DNA of 64,000 nucleotides from a virus. The notes below the pieces were generated by a model. That model had not been told where the DNA came from and made no database searches. It saw nothing but the letters and a program-made list of their open reading frames with translations. The stretch lies in IMG/VR virus record IMGVR_UViG_3300009104_000006, positions 38,094-102,093 of that record, one strand, 5' to 3'. Below, piece after piece: positions 31,901 to 40,658 of the stretch. A program made the position numbers and the translations under genes. Numbering within the stretch: position 1 is the stretch's first letter; every line of letters begins with the position of its first letter.

Positions 31901-34900
31901 TCATTTAGAGGAATTACCGGCTTCTGAGTATTGTATGCCCGAATGCGCACAGCATTTTCGCTGACGCCCCATTCACCGAAAGTTCGCCCGTCTGCCGCAT
32001 ACATCTCAGTGCAATCGAAGATATGCCCATCTTCGGTATTTACTTCCCTTCCAGCGTTTATTGCGGCGGCAGTTACGGCAGCCATAAGTTCGTCAGTGAC
32101 AAGAGTAGTCCAATTCAATACAGGAGTGATGAGATAATTCGTATCAGTCCAACTTGGTAAACCTGTGATACCGTAGAATACATTACCATCCCTTCTTGTG
32201 TATGAGAGAGTCAGACCAACATCAGCGTCGCCATCGCCGTCAATATCCGAAATCTGTATCAGACCGTTTTCTCTTGGGAAGCCCAAATATCCTAATTTAT
32301 CATCAGAAAATGCAGCATCGAAAGGCGCAGGGAACGTTATCGTCATTTTAGTGCCCGATACGGCCGTGCCGACGTAAGCAGCAATACTCGGAGCATGAAC
32401 TCCTCTCCATCTTGCTCCTTTCCACGAACCAAGAGTTTCACTCACAGAACCGAAATCCATCCTTCCCGTAGCATCTCCTGTGCCGTGCATGTGATTACCG
32501 ACAGTAAATCCGCCTTGTGCTACGTCTCTATCATCGAAGAAAACGCAAACCTCCTCCTCTATTGTTGAAGGTAAAGTGGTGTTCTCATTGGCGAAAGAAT
32601 CACCCATCTTCCGATATACAAACCTTAGACCAGACTCAGAACCAACATTGTCCTTGAGCCTAAAACCGTATAATTGACCGCTACCTATTGCGTCAGACAA
32701 CTTATCTACAGTTGGCACATGACTGCTGTATGATGTCACCGAAGATGAACCGTATCGCTTATTGAACTTGGTATCTCCAATCTTTCCGAAGCCCCAAATC
32801 CCAGCATCTGGTGCCCAACCGGGCACTCCGCTGGCTACCAGTCCTCCGAAATTGATACGAGAGGTTGCTCTACTGCCAACTCTGAGACCTTTCACAAGTG
32901 TGGAAGATGAACCCTTGAGCGAGAAAGATTCATTGTTTATTGTGTTGTGATTCTTTCCGCTTACTGTATCAGATACTGCTCTAAGAACACTATCTTCCTC
33001 AAACTCAGCAACGCTTCTGACTTCCTCTCCGCTTTCTTCTGCAGTGATATACTGCTGTAATGTGGTGATTGGGGTAAATGGTCTTCCATGCTTATTCAGA
33101 GGCAATGGTGCGGGATGCATGTTCTCCCCCTCACCCTCTTCGGGCAATGCCCAGAAGTTACGCCACCTTCCACCATGGCCGATAAGGAACTGTGGTTGAT
33201 AGGGGTGTTGTCCTGTGCTATTGTCGAGCCATGTGCAGAAGTTCCTGCCAGTAGCGCCGGGCACTGTGCTGTGAATCACTACCGTATAACCTGTATCTCC
33301 GTTCAAGTCCTGAACTTCTCTGCCGATATGGGCACGAATATACCCCATGTGAGTTCCTCGGTCATTGTTATCGGTATGCCAGAATGGCGCAGGGTCGTGC
33401 GCGGAACCATCTGTATAACGAGCGTTTAGAGCAGCATGTTGGTTGATTAACCGCACAATTTCCTGCGCTGCTGCCTCAGTATTGACTACTCCATCCTTCT
33501 GAGCAACCTCACCGCAGTCTATCGTAAGCCTCCTAACGAAGTCCATGTCCTTCCACTGAGGCAGATGTTGGAGTCTACTCTCTTCGTGAGATGACAAGTC
33601 AAGTGTCGTGCTGCGTATTCCTTTCAGACAAAGGAAAGCGGGAATCACTCTGGTCCCATCTGGAGTATCAAAGAATGTTGAAGGGTCGCGGAAGGAACAG
33701 TTTGTCGTTCCATTTCTAAGTCTCACCAGTTCATTCGTAAAGGTATCAAACGAATCAACTGGTATTCTGGTAAATGAGTGATAACCATCTGCAACCTTGT
33801 AGAGAGCCACAGAGTCATTAGTCCTCGGAGTCACACTGTTATCGACGCTGAGACCAGATACTGTTCCACCGAACGAATAACCCGTATGGACATGGTGGCC
33901 GTGAGCCTTACCATACAACCTCGCGCCTGCTATCTTCCTACCGTCATCGGGAAGCGTCAAATTAGCGTAAGTGCTACTTTCAAGCAAATCGAGTGTATGC
34001 CTGTTAGCAAGGTCATGAGCGTATGCGCTCTCGATGAACTTAGATTGTTGAGTGCTTCGTATGTAGGGATTCTGTGAGAGAAATCCGTTAGCCACATCTA
34101 TCTGTGTAGTCCAAGGGCTCGGCCCAGAACCATTGTATGTCGCAGTAACCTTGTCGAGTCTGCTTCTGCTTGTGCCACCATCTTCCACGACTTCCTTCGG
34201 CCAGCCTATCTCAGCGGCTTGGGCGCTTGACTGCACCTGCATGTGAATATCTTGGAAGGCTACAAACTCCCTATCGTGCGCAGTATCATACAAAAGCACG
34301 CGTGCGTGCCCATCTTCAGCCAGATATGGGTCTACGTAAGCCACAGTGGGGGCTTGAGCGGCTGTGAGGCCCAGCGCCTTGTAGTTCTCCTCCACAGTCC
34401 TGTTCACGTGTTGTGCATAATTCCTCGCAGTTTCAAGGCAGGTGTTTCCAATTAGGAAGTTTTCAAGCGGTATGCTATCTCTTGGGTTAGTCGTATCCAA
34501 GTCTCCTTTTCCTCCGTTAAACTCCTTCCACACTTGCGCCTCATTCAGAACTCCCCTGCTCTTTGCGAATAGCCCCTCAACTGCATGGGGGTTGTTGTAT
34601 GACATATTAGCCCACACAGTGTCGCCGTTGCGTAGGCCACCCGAAGCGTAGGGATTGAGCCATGAAGTATTCAGTATGGCATCCTTATCCTCATAGTCCC
34701 CAATCCAGACTGCCAGTTTCGCATTCGACGGAATATCATTTGTATTACCGCTCAAATTGATTGTTTGCTTATCGTTCGCAAGAGGCTCAGTGACGCTCGT
34801 TACTTCACCTATCCTCCTCAGTGTGTCTGTTGTATCATTGATGTAGTAGTAAATAATGTCCCCCTTTTTGACGTTGAGGCCATGCAGGTCATTGACGCTC

Positions 34901-37900
34901 ATCCCAGTCGGGTTAGTGATTTCCACCAATGCTCTCGCTGTGGAGGAATACGCAGTAATGGCGATGTTCTCATCAATCATCAGATTACTCTTCGCTTCAT
35001 CATACGCAAGACTTCCCTCGCTCAATAAAGATGTGATGTAAGAACCGAAGACCTCACGACCACGACGAGCGAGGGTCAGTTGCTTACCCACCAAATCGCT
35101 CGCCGTTGGATAACTCTGCCCTAACTTAGTATAGGCGTGATAGACGAGTGTGATACTGTTCTCTGGGTTTGCGGTTGCTAACGTCTTGATGTTTCCATGA
35201 TATTGGTAACTATGTATATAGCCACTCTCCAACGTATACTGCATATCATATCTCAAATCACCAAGGCTGCTGGTTCCCAGAGTGTCATAACCAAGATTTG
35301 GCAGTTTCTTGAAATCCTCGTCGCTGAAAGTGAGGACGATAGCCTTGCTACTACCAGTCAGAGAAATAACAGAAGAGACGGTAAGAGGCGTTACAACTGC
35401 TCTCCCGCTCTGTATCTTCTCTGCATGGGGGTTGCTCTCAGGTCCAGCCTTGAACTCCACCGCGCTCGCATATTGGCGCAGACCGTAATCCACATTTCCA
35501 CCCTGTGTTTTTACACTGGCTGCGTCGTAGTAATACTCGCTTCTGCCTTCAAAGTCAGACGACGGAGTAAACTCGTCTGATGCAAGAGGGGAGAGAGTAT
35601 CATCAAAACCGATTCCGCCAGCAAAAACGGGAGTGCCCACATCAAGGCTATCAAGAAAATTACTTGTGTGACCATATTCTGCATCAACGATGGTAAGATA
35701 CTTGTTACCTGTGTTCACTCCGCTATACCAAGCCCACTCTCCGTTACCGAGCCAGACCTTTCTGTATCTGTATGCTGTCGTTACTCCTCTGTAAATGCCT
35801 GTCGATGTAGTAGCATCTGGAAACACATTGATATCGTTCACATAGAGACGTTTGTTAGACGCATCCCATTTTGTGATGAATGTCGAGTTGATATATTCCC
35901 TGTTAGCCAAAGCGTGTGAATACGCAGATTGAGCCTCTCTGTCTGCTGGCATTACGTCCTTGAGTCGTCTCCCTACTGGACTTGGATTCCACGTGTGAGC
36001 AGTGTGAGTGGCGTCTATGTGAATCTTGAATCCATTATCTGGGCCCACCCCACTGTCAAAGAACTGATGAGAGAAGAAAGGTATCTCGGCTAAAGCACGA
36101 GTGCTGGCGTATTGGGTGCCTAATTGGTAATCATGGCTAACATCACTCATACTCTGGAACATGCGGTCATTCACAGTGCTACCATTCTCTATCCTCGACT
36201 GCTCTCCAAAGTCTGGTTCATTGTATACAGTGAAAATACCTTCCAGAGTCGGGGTTCCACTCGTTACTCCTTTGAGAAAACCAGTAGCGTTGAGCAGTCT
36301 CGCCATCGAGGTATATTCGACACCACTCGATGAGACGAAGTCGCCCGAACCCAGCGTGCCTGATGAAAACGTGAAGGTCGTTCCATTCTTGGAATCATAC
36401 TTCCCGCTACTACCATCTGCAAGATACACTCTACCATAACGTGGGAATCCATAAGTGCCCCAACTTTGCATATCTGCAGATTCATTATTGATGGCCTTTA
36501 CATGAAGCACATCGGCTCCGCTACTAAAGTTAGCCACCAACTTATGGGCCATTGCTGCAAAGGCACGACGAGAAGAATATGGCTCATGAGCAAGAATACT
36601 TGGCTGATTCGTGGGCTTTGTGTCCATCGCTCCCTGCCCCGGTCCTCCAAGCGTGACTGTTACCACAGGCGAGTTCGGCTCTATCTCCTTGACGATGTGA
36701 GAGTCTGGACTTCCTCTACCTACCTCATTGATGGAACGAGAAGTTGCTGCTTCAGAGAGACCAATGCAGCGTATGGTAGTGAAGTTCTGCCCTTCTCCCT
36801 CAGTTTCTTCTATGCTTCTCACACGAGCGCGACTCATGAGATACATGAGCGAGACTGTGTTCGCATCATCTGAAGTGGAGACTAATGACTTGACGTTAGT
36901 CAGTTGATTGGTTCTCCTTCTATCAGATGGTTGAATGATTATTCTCATATCTGATGTGGCCGAATCCACTATCTCGATATTGTCTATGATATCGAAGACT
37001 TCGTGAATCGGCGTAGAAGACGATGCGGTAGCAGTATCGAACTCTCCAGCAGAAGGACTGTCTACCGTTGTGTGTGGCTCAACTCTGGAATACAATCCTT
37101 TGTCTGTTAGATTTACTTTCTGGCCTATCTTGTTCAATGCTATCCTATTGAATACCGATTCATGAGTTCCAGTGCTACTTACTGATTCCACAATCACTTT
37201 TGGTGGACTATTCTGAATCGAGTCAGCATCTGCTCTGGGAGTATAGTTCACAGGCGTCAAAGCCTCGTCTAACTCATCATCTGCCGAATATCCTTCGCTC
37301 ACATCACCTATCATGGAATGAGGCATGGCTAAACTATTCATTGAGAGTTCTGCAATAGCAGCGATGTCAATGTAGCCGCCCGGCGAATAAAGAGTCTTTC
37401 CAGAGCCTATGGCATTGATTATGGCATCGTAGATGTAAGAGCCGCCACCAGTAGCCACATCGGAAGCAGGAACGGTTTTCTCAACCATCAATAGGGGTTG
37501 AGTTGTTCCACTCATGCTTGCTCCAGTAAGGTCTATTGCGTTGTAGTGAATCTCAACATATGGAGCGAACTTGACATTGGTGCTGCTTAATTGCGGAACA
37601 TGCAATAATGCGACTCTGCTTTCCTTCGAGGGTCGAAGATGGAATTTTCTTGTTTCGTCATTAAAGGTGCCTTTCCATGCTGGCACTGGTCCCTTTAGCA
37701 TGAATGGAGTGAAGTCAAAATTAGGACCGCCGATGGCTATGAGTTTCTTCTTTCCAGCAGGGGGTGAAGATGTATTGTGATACGAATTGAAGGCGGCTGT
37801 AACAGTGCTGGAATTAACTACGTCGTTTATCTTGAAGTTTCCAGTCTCTCTGTATACGTCTACCCTGCTATTAACAGATATCTGCTTATCGACACCTTTC

Positions 37901-39486
37901 TGAGTATCATCATACATAATGTCGATTATATCTGCCGAGCCATCTATCTGTTGGTCGATTATCTCATCGTTGGCTCTTGGGAGTATTCTGAGGAACTCAT
38001 GCCCATCAACATGGTTTAACGTGTGTCTTCCACTATGTCCGATTTGAAATGCAGCATCTAATGAAGTGGGCCACACAACTGCATAGGGATTATCGGGGTC
38101 GGAAGTAGTAGTAGCCATTCGACTCGAATACACGAAGCCATGAGACTCGAATACCCCCTCATCTATCACCATCTGCCCCGTTCTATCCACCATCTGAGAA
38201 GAGAAGTGAGGAGGTTGATACGGCTTTCCAGTCCCGCTGTCTATCAATAAGTCTGCACCTATGACTACGAAATGATTGTCTACATCGGTGCTACGGGATG
38301 TATGAAGCACTCCTCTAATACCGCTTGTTGAATTACCATAATCGAGATGAATACTGGAAACAAGACAAGTATTAGTGTCTACATTGATATTATGAAGTCT
38401 GAGTCTCTCTGGAGGAGTTTGATTAGGTATCTTAGTATTCGGATTGATGCTACCCGGATTAACGAGTATATTGTATGGAACATGAGGAATCTTTCGCATG
38501 GTTGTTCCAGAAGAAGTGCTCTGCGTAATCTCATAATCTCCATTGCTATATGGGGAGGACGTGAAATCATAATTACCGCTAACTGTAGATAGCCCCGTTA
38601 ATTTCTTCGCAAGCGCCGTCGCTTCTGCATCAGAGAGAGTAATTTGCGAGATAGTAACAGACTGCCCTCCAACTTGAGTGCTATTCGTTGCTATATTGGT
38701 GATATTGTATATTCCCTCAATGGGACTAATCGGCTCCTCGAAACGATAGAGAAGTTGAGTGCTACCGTCTGGTAATGGAGTATTACCAGTAATATGAGTA
38801 TTCTTCAGTCCTCCATTCAGATGCACGGCTTCGATAACGCCTCTAAACTGGCCGCCCTTACCACCTACATACACATGAGCATTAGACTTAGCCAAAGTAA
38901 AATTGGTATCCTTAATGTTTTTACTGACTACAATCGACCCATTCACATACAACTCTATCGCCGTCGGTTTAACTGCTGCAACTACGTGAAGTAGAGGCCT
39001 GTGGTTACGATTTAGGTCAGTAGCATCGTCATAGGTTAAACCTGTGAATCTGTTATATGAATCATGAATCCCACCATATGAAGAAGATGGATAAACAGTG
39101 CCCTCATATCTGGTGCTCTGCTTAGTAGCGGTGCTAAGTTGAAATCTTTGAGTGCTCACACCATCCTTGAGAAAGACCTCGAATACTGCAGGGCCGGGAG
39201 TATCTACATTGCCTACGGTGAGTTTGAACTGTCCTTCCTTTTCTATCACAGTGCCGCCACAATCTGGCATTATCCAAGCCTCGATGACGAAATAATTGGA
39301 GAACTTACCAGATGAAGGAGTTAGTGCACGATGACCGTGTGGTGATTCATCGAGGATATTTCTTACATCACTCGCACCATCAAGCGTCTTATGACCAAGC
39401 GCAGTAAACTGCCCTTCTGGAATAATGATACTATCGCTCACGCCATCAAAGAAGAACGCATGATTGGAGCGGCCTATTACTGTCAT
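22939..39486 (-). CDS. Giant (5515 aa) tail-tip / adsorption protein with N-terminal LamG/concanavalin-like domain
   Basis: Uninterrupted 16.5-kb ORF. N-terminus FDGVSDSI..IEAWI.P..HVVA..LYVNG..F.G.I is LamG-like. Lies downstream of the tape measure. Confidence 0.85.
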   Translation of the reverse strand: MTVIGRSNHAFFFDGVSDSIIIPEGQFTALGHKTLDGASDVRNILDESPHGHRALTPSSGKFSNYFVIEAWIMPDCGGTVIEKEGQFKLTVGNVDTPGPAVFEVFLKDGVSTQRFQLSTATKQSTRYEGTVYPSSSYGGIHDSYNRFTGLTYDDATDLNRNHRPLLHVVAAVKPTAIELYVNGSIVVSKNIKDTNFTLAKSNAHVYVGGKGGQFRGVIEAVHLNGGLKNTHITGNTPLPDGSTQLLYRFEEPISPIEGIYNITNIATNSTQVGGQSVTISQITLSDAEATALAKKLTGLSTVSGNYDFTSSPYSNGDYEITQSTSSGTTMRKIPHVPYNILVNPGSINPNTKIPNQTPPERLRLHNINVDTNTCLVSSIHLDYGNSTSGIRGVLHTSRSTDVDNHFVVIGADLLIDSGTGKPYQPPHFSSQMVDRTGQMVIDEGVFESHGFVYSSRMATTTSDPDNPYAVVWPTSLDAAFQIGHSGRHTLNHVDGHEFLRILPRANDEIIDQQIDGSADIIDIMYDDTQKGVDKQISVNSRVDVYRETGNFKINDVVNSSTVTAAFNSYHNTSSPPAGKKKLIAIGGPNFDFTPFMLKGPVPAWKGTFNDETRKFHLRPSKESRVALLHVPQLSSTNVKFAPYVEIHYNAIDLTGASMSGTTQPLLMVEKTVPASDVATGGGSYIYDAIINAIGSGKTLYSPGGYIDIAAIAELSMNSLAMPHSMIGDVSEGYSADDELDEALTPVNYTPRADADSIQNSPPKVIVESVSSTGTHESVFNRIALNKIGQKVNLTDKGLYSRVEPHTTVDSPSAGEFDTATASSSTPIHEVFDIIDNIEIVDSATSDMRIIIQPSDRRRTNQLTNVKSLVSTSDDANTVSLMYLMSRARVRSIEETEGEGQNFTTIRCIGLSEAATSRSINEVGRGSPDSHIVKEIEPNSPVVTVTLGGPGQGAMDTKPTNQPSILAHEPYSSRRAFAAMAHKLVANFSSGADVLHVKAINNESADMQSWGTYGFPRYGRVYLADGSSGKYDSKNGTTFTFSSGTLGSGDFVSSSGVEYTSMARLLNATGFLKGVTSGTPTLEGIFTVYNEPDFGEQSRIENGSTVNDRMFQSMSDVSHDYQLGTQYASTRALAEIPFFSHQFFDSGVGPDNGFKIHIDATHTAHTWNPSPVGRRLKDVMPADREAQSAYSHALANREYINSTFITKWDASNKRLYVNDINVFPDATTSTGIYRGVTTAYRYRKVWLGNGEWAWYSGVNTGNKYLTIVDAEYGHTSNFLDSLDVGTPVFAGGIGFDDTLSPLASDEFTPSSDFEGRSEYYYDAASVKTQGGNVDYGLRQYASAVEFKAGPESNPHAEKIQSGRAVVTPLTVSSVISLTGSSKAIVLTFSDEDFKKLPNLGYDTLGTSSLGDLRYDMQYTLESGYIHSYQYHGNIKTLATANPENSITLVYHAYTKLGQSYPTASDLVGKQLTLARRGREVFGSYITSLLSEGSLAYDEAKSNLMIDENIAITAYSSTARALVEITNPTGMSVNDLHGLNVKKGDIIYYYINDTTDTLRRIGEVTSVTEPLANDKQTINLSGNTNDIPSNAKLAVWIGDYEDKDAILNTSWLNPYASGGLRNGDTVWANMSYNNPHAVEGLFAKSRGVLNEAQVWKEFNGGKGDLDTTNPRDSIPLENFLIGNTCLETARNYAQHVNRTVEENYKALGLTAAQAPTVAYVDPYLAEDGHARVLLYDTAHDREFVAFQDIHMQVQSSAQAAEIGWPKEVVEDGGTSRSRLDKVTATYNGSGPSPWTTQIDVANGFLSQNPYIRSTQQSKFIESAYAHDLANRHTLDLLESSTYANLTLPDDGRKIAGARLYGKAHGHHVHTGYSFGGTVSGLSVDNSVTPRTNDSVALYKVADGYHSFTRIPVDSFDTFTNELVRLRNGTTNCSFRDPSTFFDTPDGTRVIPAFLCLKGIRSTTLDLSSHEESRLQHLPQWKDMDFVRRLTIDCGEVAQKDGVVNTEAAAQEIVRLINQHAALNARYTDGSAHDPAPFWHTDNNDRGTHMGYIRAHIGREVQDLNGDTGYTVVIHSTVPGATGRNFCTWLDNSTGQHPYQPQFLIGHGGRWRNFWALPEEGEGENMHPAPLPLNKHGRPFTPITTLQQYITAEESGEEVRSVAEFEEDSVLRAVSDTVSGKNHNTINNESFSLKGSSSTLVKGLRVGSRATSRINFGGLVASGVPGWAPDAGIWGFGKIGDTKFNKRYGSSSVTSYSSHVPTVDKLSDAIGSGQLYGFRLKDNVGSESGLRFVYRKMGDSFANENTTLPSTIEEEVCVFFDDRDVAQGGFTVGNHMHGTGDATGRMDFGSVSETLGSWKGARWRGVHAPSIAAYVGTAVSGTKMTITFPAPFDAAFSDDKLGYLGFPRENGLIQISDIDGDGDADVGLTLSYTRRDGNVFYGITGLPSWTDTNYLITPVLNWTTLVTDELMAAVTAAAINAGREVNTEDGHIFDCTEMYAADGRTFGEWGVSENAVRIRAYNTQKPVIPLNEAFSASLHRDFGIQAAHLEFGEIEKVTRPTGTADWAFGTSRAVTDALIDDSRGIDCGYIPYTLLQIRSIARGPHANTATPNLVDSKNTPVNINEWRENLKGIRYTRSSGDHILPHIDTPHSVLNMGWASFTQMEVDNANGYPIGWTGAIAIDAGNANSVAIGDILATTDGRVIGEVTATGGTSSFTIGGGIQTNLADATVVNKRLTGSAGGVDWLLSATLGAAMFHFMIPAGNDSGNIPSFGEKKRVWLNEKDSLFAESKRGATSSTVLSWDIENAEGNITRDAPYWNNLLSLSNNRDFDGLRSIGSVFSEPVVYFRGGKSSSDHSVPLYFGGGFSGVTLDVNDGTNNDYSTFYTHPYANGPTGVAGIQNANEISTSFAMMDCNAMFAFFPGAALCNQHRGSINPPAFNRDNILSPDLGRGGSLYASTGEIKAKPVPLVLRFTHPTARYEDHVDGIDTDNKTTYIIFGPGQAFPFTQEVADAASGHNTLEPFSGRIIYTGNSWASVPSLGGSNNKFPNSIVNDQGKYRPHSKTYYNATAGFHWKAMVNWETPAGYCWKNSANSGSAGLFQRPEHGRMYGQLLNDDSIHNAEDFEQVHPKMHVPLIGYGITMGADTVFHMDGGFHAGGSWLDNQFTFNPVHPKKNTRITGGNSSSTWTRDNQIHPTAFRVAGPLMATIQDYIGSSTDFSIGNTKNEYILIDGTRCQNGEELATVVGAAINAFPGAGALKSMGGTHMPSMGNAMRQDRYGWVDLGTVGSYNHSTYPQYVESAANASQTLLEQIPASGWLRVNTDDDSEGDSVDPGWAVYHSRDVIASGGNWKVRFHLAPNAIRGQTVFEYDTTWANHKASNANSNPTTLSGNLYVWSKAGIMQFNNEDVSARDHMTQVHFSGIVDAIDRTRPVGVAGWHGERYSYLNSLKISTSVTKNDSTTTATGYAAGLGAYHSMLGFSPYGSAGSVMSTYGTVPVVAPMRHSPESTPTINGAGDNLDTYITKASLYTNYTLDANGRTPANGQGYFKDTDTTDNSNQWAKPTNYEISTTLPKELSLPQGLYSNAFLVVSYNSESSLIAKFDRDAITATGDWLHVKGEGTDPIHYAGTTLWDERFHGQDRFIAPANAGPNVEALIVDHGEQHNDSTTVPTIANAFADNSSDAPFNGDVGTYFHGAVSDDLNLKNATPGRAKTGDLLFDLDYSVGSVLLESGDAERNVSANHQDMDGTGYSYTVSGNYPNEYWMGDVNAFDMYKNSAAKNFSVEHIVWKRMDGGNLSLPTINARGLGAVPWMTRVKNNTAYTTGEKLYGNVRFTFETTNSAMLPVLQAQELAHPELLRKHPYKVGNVLTIPNEEIQFQSITVTDDAGQIHKIEGGSPLGTIIRGFRTPENRGVKGNGPALANSGKTPNLKVQLPNPDSIPGNIVVRSGFDPLQAYQNETMGTGGMIHPDLGADTIGHLFDNSVAGPRKGPTYEDHNWERIDPITFDSEVGAWVNNEPLHTSYELHDRTLFFHVCKMGHSHTHRYPTIYSHTNGVVNDSVSVTQTLGANNWNAETGVLTIDGALNTEVFNAGFGTKEAKDGRKFLRVYNPITDEGVVCSYLAENDTTMEIVGDVDFTAFMAENTTTALKVVPSYYIPGGSTRFFASRRLRDHAEVSGNSPDMAHTRYFASDTIAYNAYSKPKMTPMPYPRMGHHFITPTMPMLPGHWAHPAYQSLYNRHLADYNMSVGFTDSARFNEHATAINKKSGINNSMVTQYGGTESTSLQDNTHPMDAEINFSGINAAPSGPSDIHGGAFTLMFETGLKYDGYGILASAGSLAGAVNKAGGHSIVLEAAANYTLARHFPDPAEVGAYQIIIQPNLFNNQLVGFHNNSTTELTSQQVNTVIGINESTAKGGLTLVLAKATQADVRGCEVFINEAMLDVNPDFGSQFTNIPPLMLHNAHGIQMTESPAFTRRGFPYSTMFSDSSPGHTLHIPWWSILHKNGVPASNFRKLSQYAPDDYFMYSRNGFGSIGNQQTINGYTSTYLDIYSKLRQIVSLNPKCIVESFNTGGTITVDNANLFPLTSHYAQEIEYTAKNGDIYSKPYTKRSGNDAANVNVPNTIYLAAKSGSDNFWDNIYDGAELRLSHSYNTLSASKLLTDRKKSVFANILPDIVNGNRDTYSSYTPDAFLCMWHPNLGRPNTYFSDSRTTWGSVAVDKASYNSIPEHFETIHYHDFTHAMSAGPFDFLIMTPNISKTGETVAATTGTDHQAGGTDVMLSGFWPCGSRGGPHVSKLDLFSFASASWNVHNHSDGNPNFTSSDLREWVDSDDDGSYSVSSGITTAAMGSSRRKPYGYRNAIRQACNRPTYGLSPTRAVYETNPTGSGIKTLDYDAGPLVQTETATWTYAGGSGLSNATHPTTYVGIMERQTNFTGMLAQDQADWQVRYSDGRRMTRPFGTPVRTLTNNAGTQRDWWGDEVAMDKTSLSEASQYYLVDWWGNERGEDVRRAPVRGFGIRPAWDCGDAYENDRRNSRSPYRRIWNNAKPIFNMKGVANLSNGNVSVTTTIPRFGGTNNDVNLHATNTGHDLVDVFAPTHSMRVGDMGNGRGVRYPTRFNEDVLTELSAPIHKTGVVLSHNTAEPLFGDGLLRPRNAILQADEVKRGISAKLAIDSNGLLKPEAVASDRIEEFVGVSPHKDAISRTSPRIGIDAEVTEGIEQNHIAINTEAHSLHTDRNVGQRVVLHGGFQVGTNTIADVDYTGGAFGRQNNGSPVSAVHRYSHTNAFRPYGGSYVLDASNYAGLFDDTNWGVASLTGSNDTSNPYQDADDYTSKSVRNNEKDKNVKFLLRPIRTLDSKHTEVYRIHNSIVTGTPQYDQNYLFASSGGKYGLFTYEVSNGRAATGNLASGRSLPDGNGPYLPVFVFDPTGAFTAPTSFGPKLPGTEVSGFDKESLNSTVSRLVISDNTLQHHRSDAPRRRQEEDTDDEMKRMDFSVKPRFSQALHSKGHKGDISFSITDHSGDGA

Positions 39487-40658
39487 AGCAATCCATCAAT
39501 GGGGGCAAATATCATGTTGAACGAGTATACTGTCTCTCCGGCATCATACATGATGTCTAATTTTTGCACAGCGCCTTGAATGCCCGTATGTTGGTCACTC
39601 TGACTAAACGTAACACTTGCAGAATGGTCATTACCCTCAGAGGTCTTATCTGGGCCTGTTACTCCAAACCAACCAGTGGGCATGAAAAAGTTCCTTGCAG
39701 TATACAATTCCCCATCCTCCGCTTTGATGGTTGAGTTGTAAGGTATCTGTAATCCGGTGATATAATCTGCCTCTTTCCCAGAATTATCTATTGTTGCTAA
39801 ACCAACCCCTGCTACAGCAGCCCCTGCTGCTATACCAAGCCCACCTGTGGCAATTGCGATTGCCGCACCTCCTGCCACCATACCTAAACCCAAGAGGGCT
39901 CTACCAGCCTGCGTTACGCTATTATTGAGTATTCCATAGAGGTCCATGGCCTTATCGCCTGCTGACTTTTTCTTACCCAAAGACCCACCTGAGAAAGTGT
40001 TGATATCTGGGCTGTAGAAATTAGATGTGCCGCCATCGAAGAGAAATCTGGGCGTGCCATTATTGGAAACTGCTCCTTTCGCTACCATAGATATGGAAAC
40101 GCCCCAATTATCTTCAACACCAACAGAGTCTGCAGTCTGCACAACCGTGCTCGATAAAGCAGCCGAGAACCTATCATTGATACAAGTATTAACAGCGCTG
40201 GCGAGATTGCCAACAACGGTGCTATCTGCCTCAGAGAGGTTGATTAGAACATCGTCATTACCTGAATTATGCCTTGCGACACCAGAACCCGTCGAAGTGA
40301 AAGTGATGTATCTCTTAGTGCCAGAAAGGTCGGTTATCTCTAACTTCTGGCCTAATAGAGCAGTGAGATTGGTGCTTGTCGTAAATGCACTACCACTATA
40401 CGCACCGCTGCCTTTTGCGAAGTTAATCACGGCCGACGCTGCCGTGCTTGCTCCAGCACTCCTATCGTCGGCTATTATGCCTCTGATGTTTATCATCGCT
40501 TGGTTCACGTTAAGGTCGAATCCTATACGCTTGCTACCAGTGAAAGGAATGGCAGACCCGCCTACCTTTCTTGTTGTAGTTAGGACCATCTCTTGAGCAT
40601 CTAACTCGATGAGATTACCATTCTCTTGAACAAGTCTAATGGGAGTAGCAGAAGGCAT
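39483..40658 (-). CDS. Putative distal tail protein with Gly/Ala-rich hydrophobic insert
   Basis: Immediately follows the tape measure gene and is translationally coupled on both sides. Confidence 0.6.
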   Translation of the reverse strand: MPSATPIRLVQENGNLIELDAQEMVLTTTRKVGGSAIPFTGSKRIGFDLNVNQAMINIRGIIADDRSAGASTAASAVINFAKGSGAYSGSAFTTSTNLTALLGQKLEITDLSGTKRYITFTSTGSGVARHNSGNDDVLINLSEADSTVVGNLASAVNTCINDRFSAALSSTVVQTADSVGVEDNWGVSISMVAKGAVSNNGTPRFLFDGGTSNFYSPDINTFSGGSLGKKKSAGDKAMDLYGILNNSVTQAGRALLGLGMVAGGAAIAIATGGLGIAAGAAVAGVGLATIDNSGKEADYITGLQIPYNSTIKAEDGELYTARNFFMPTGWFGVTGPDKTSEGNDHSASVTFSQSDQHTGIQGAVQKLDIMYDAGETVYSFNMIFAPIDGLL

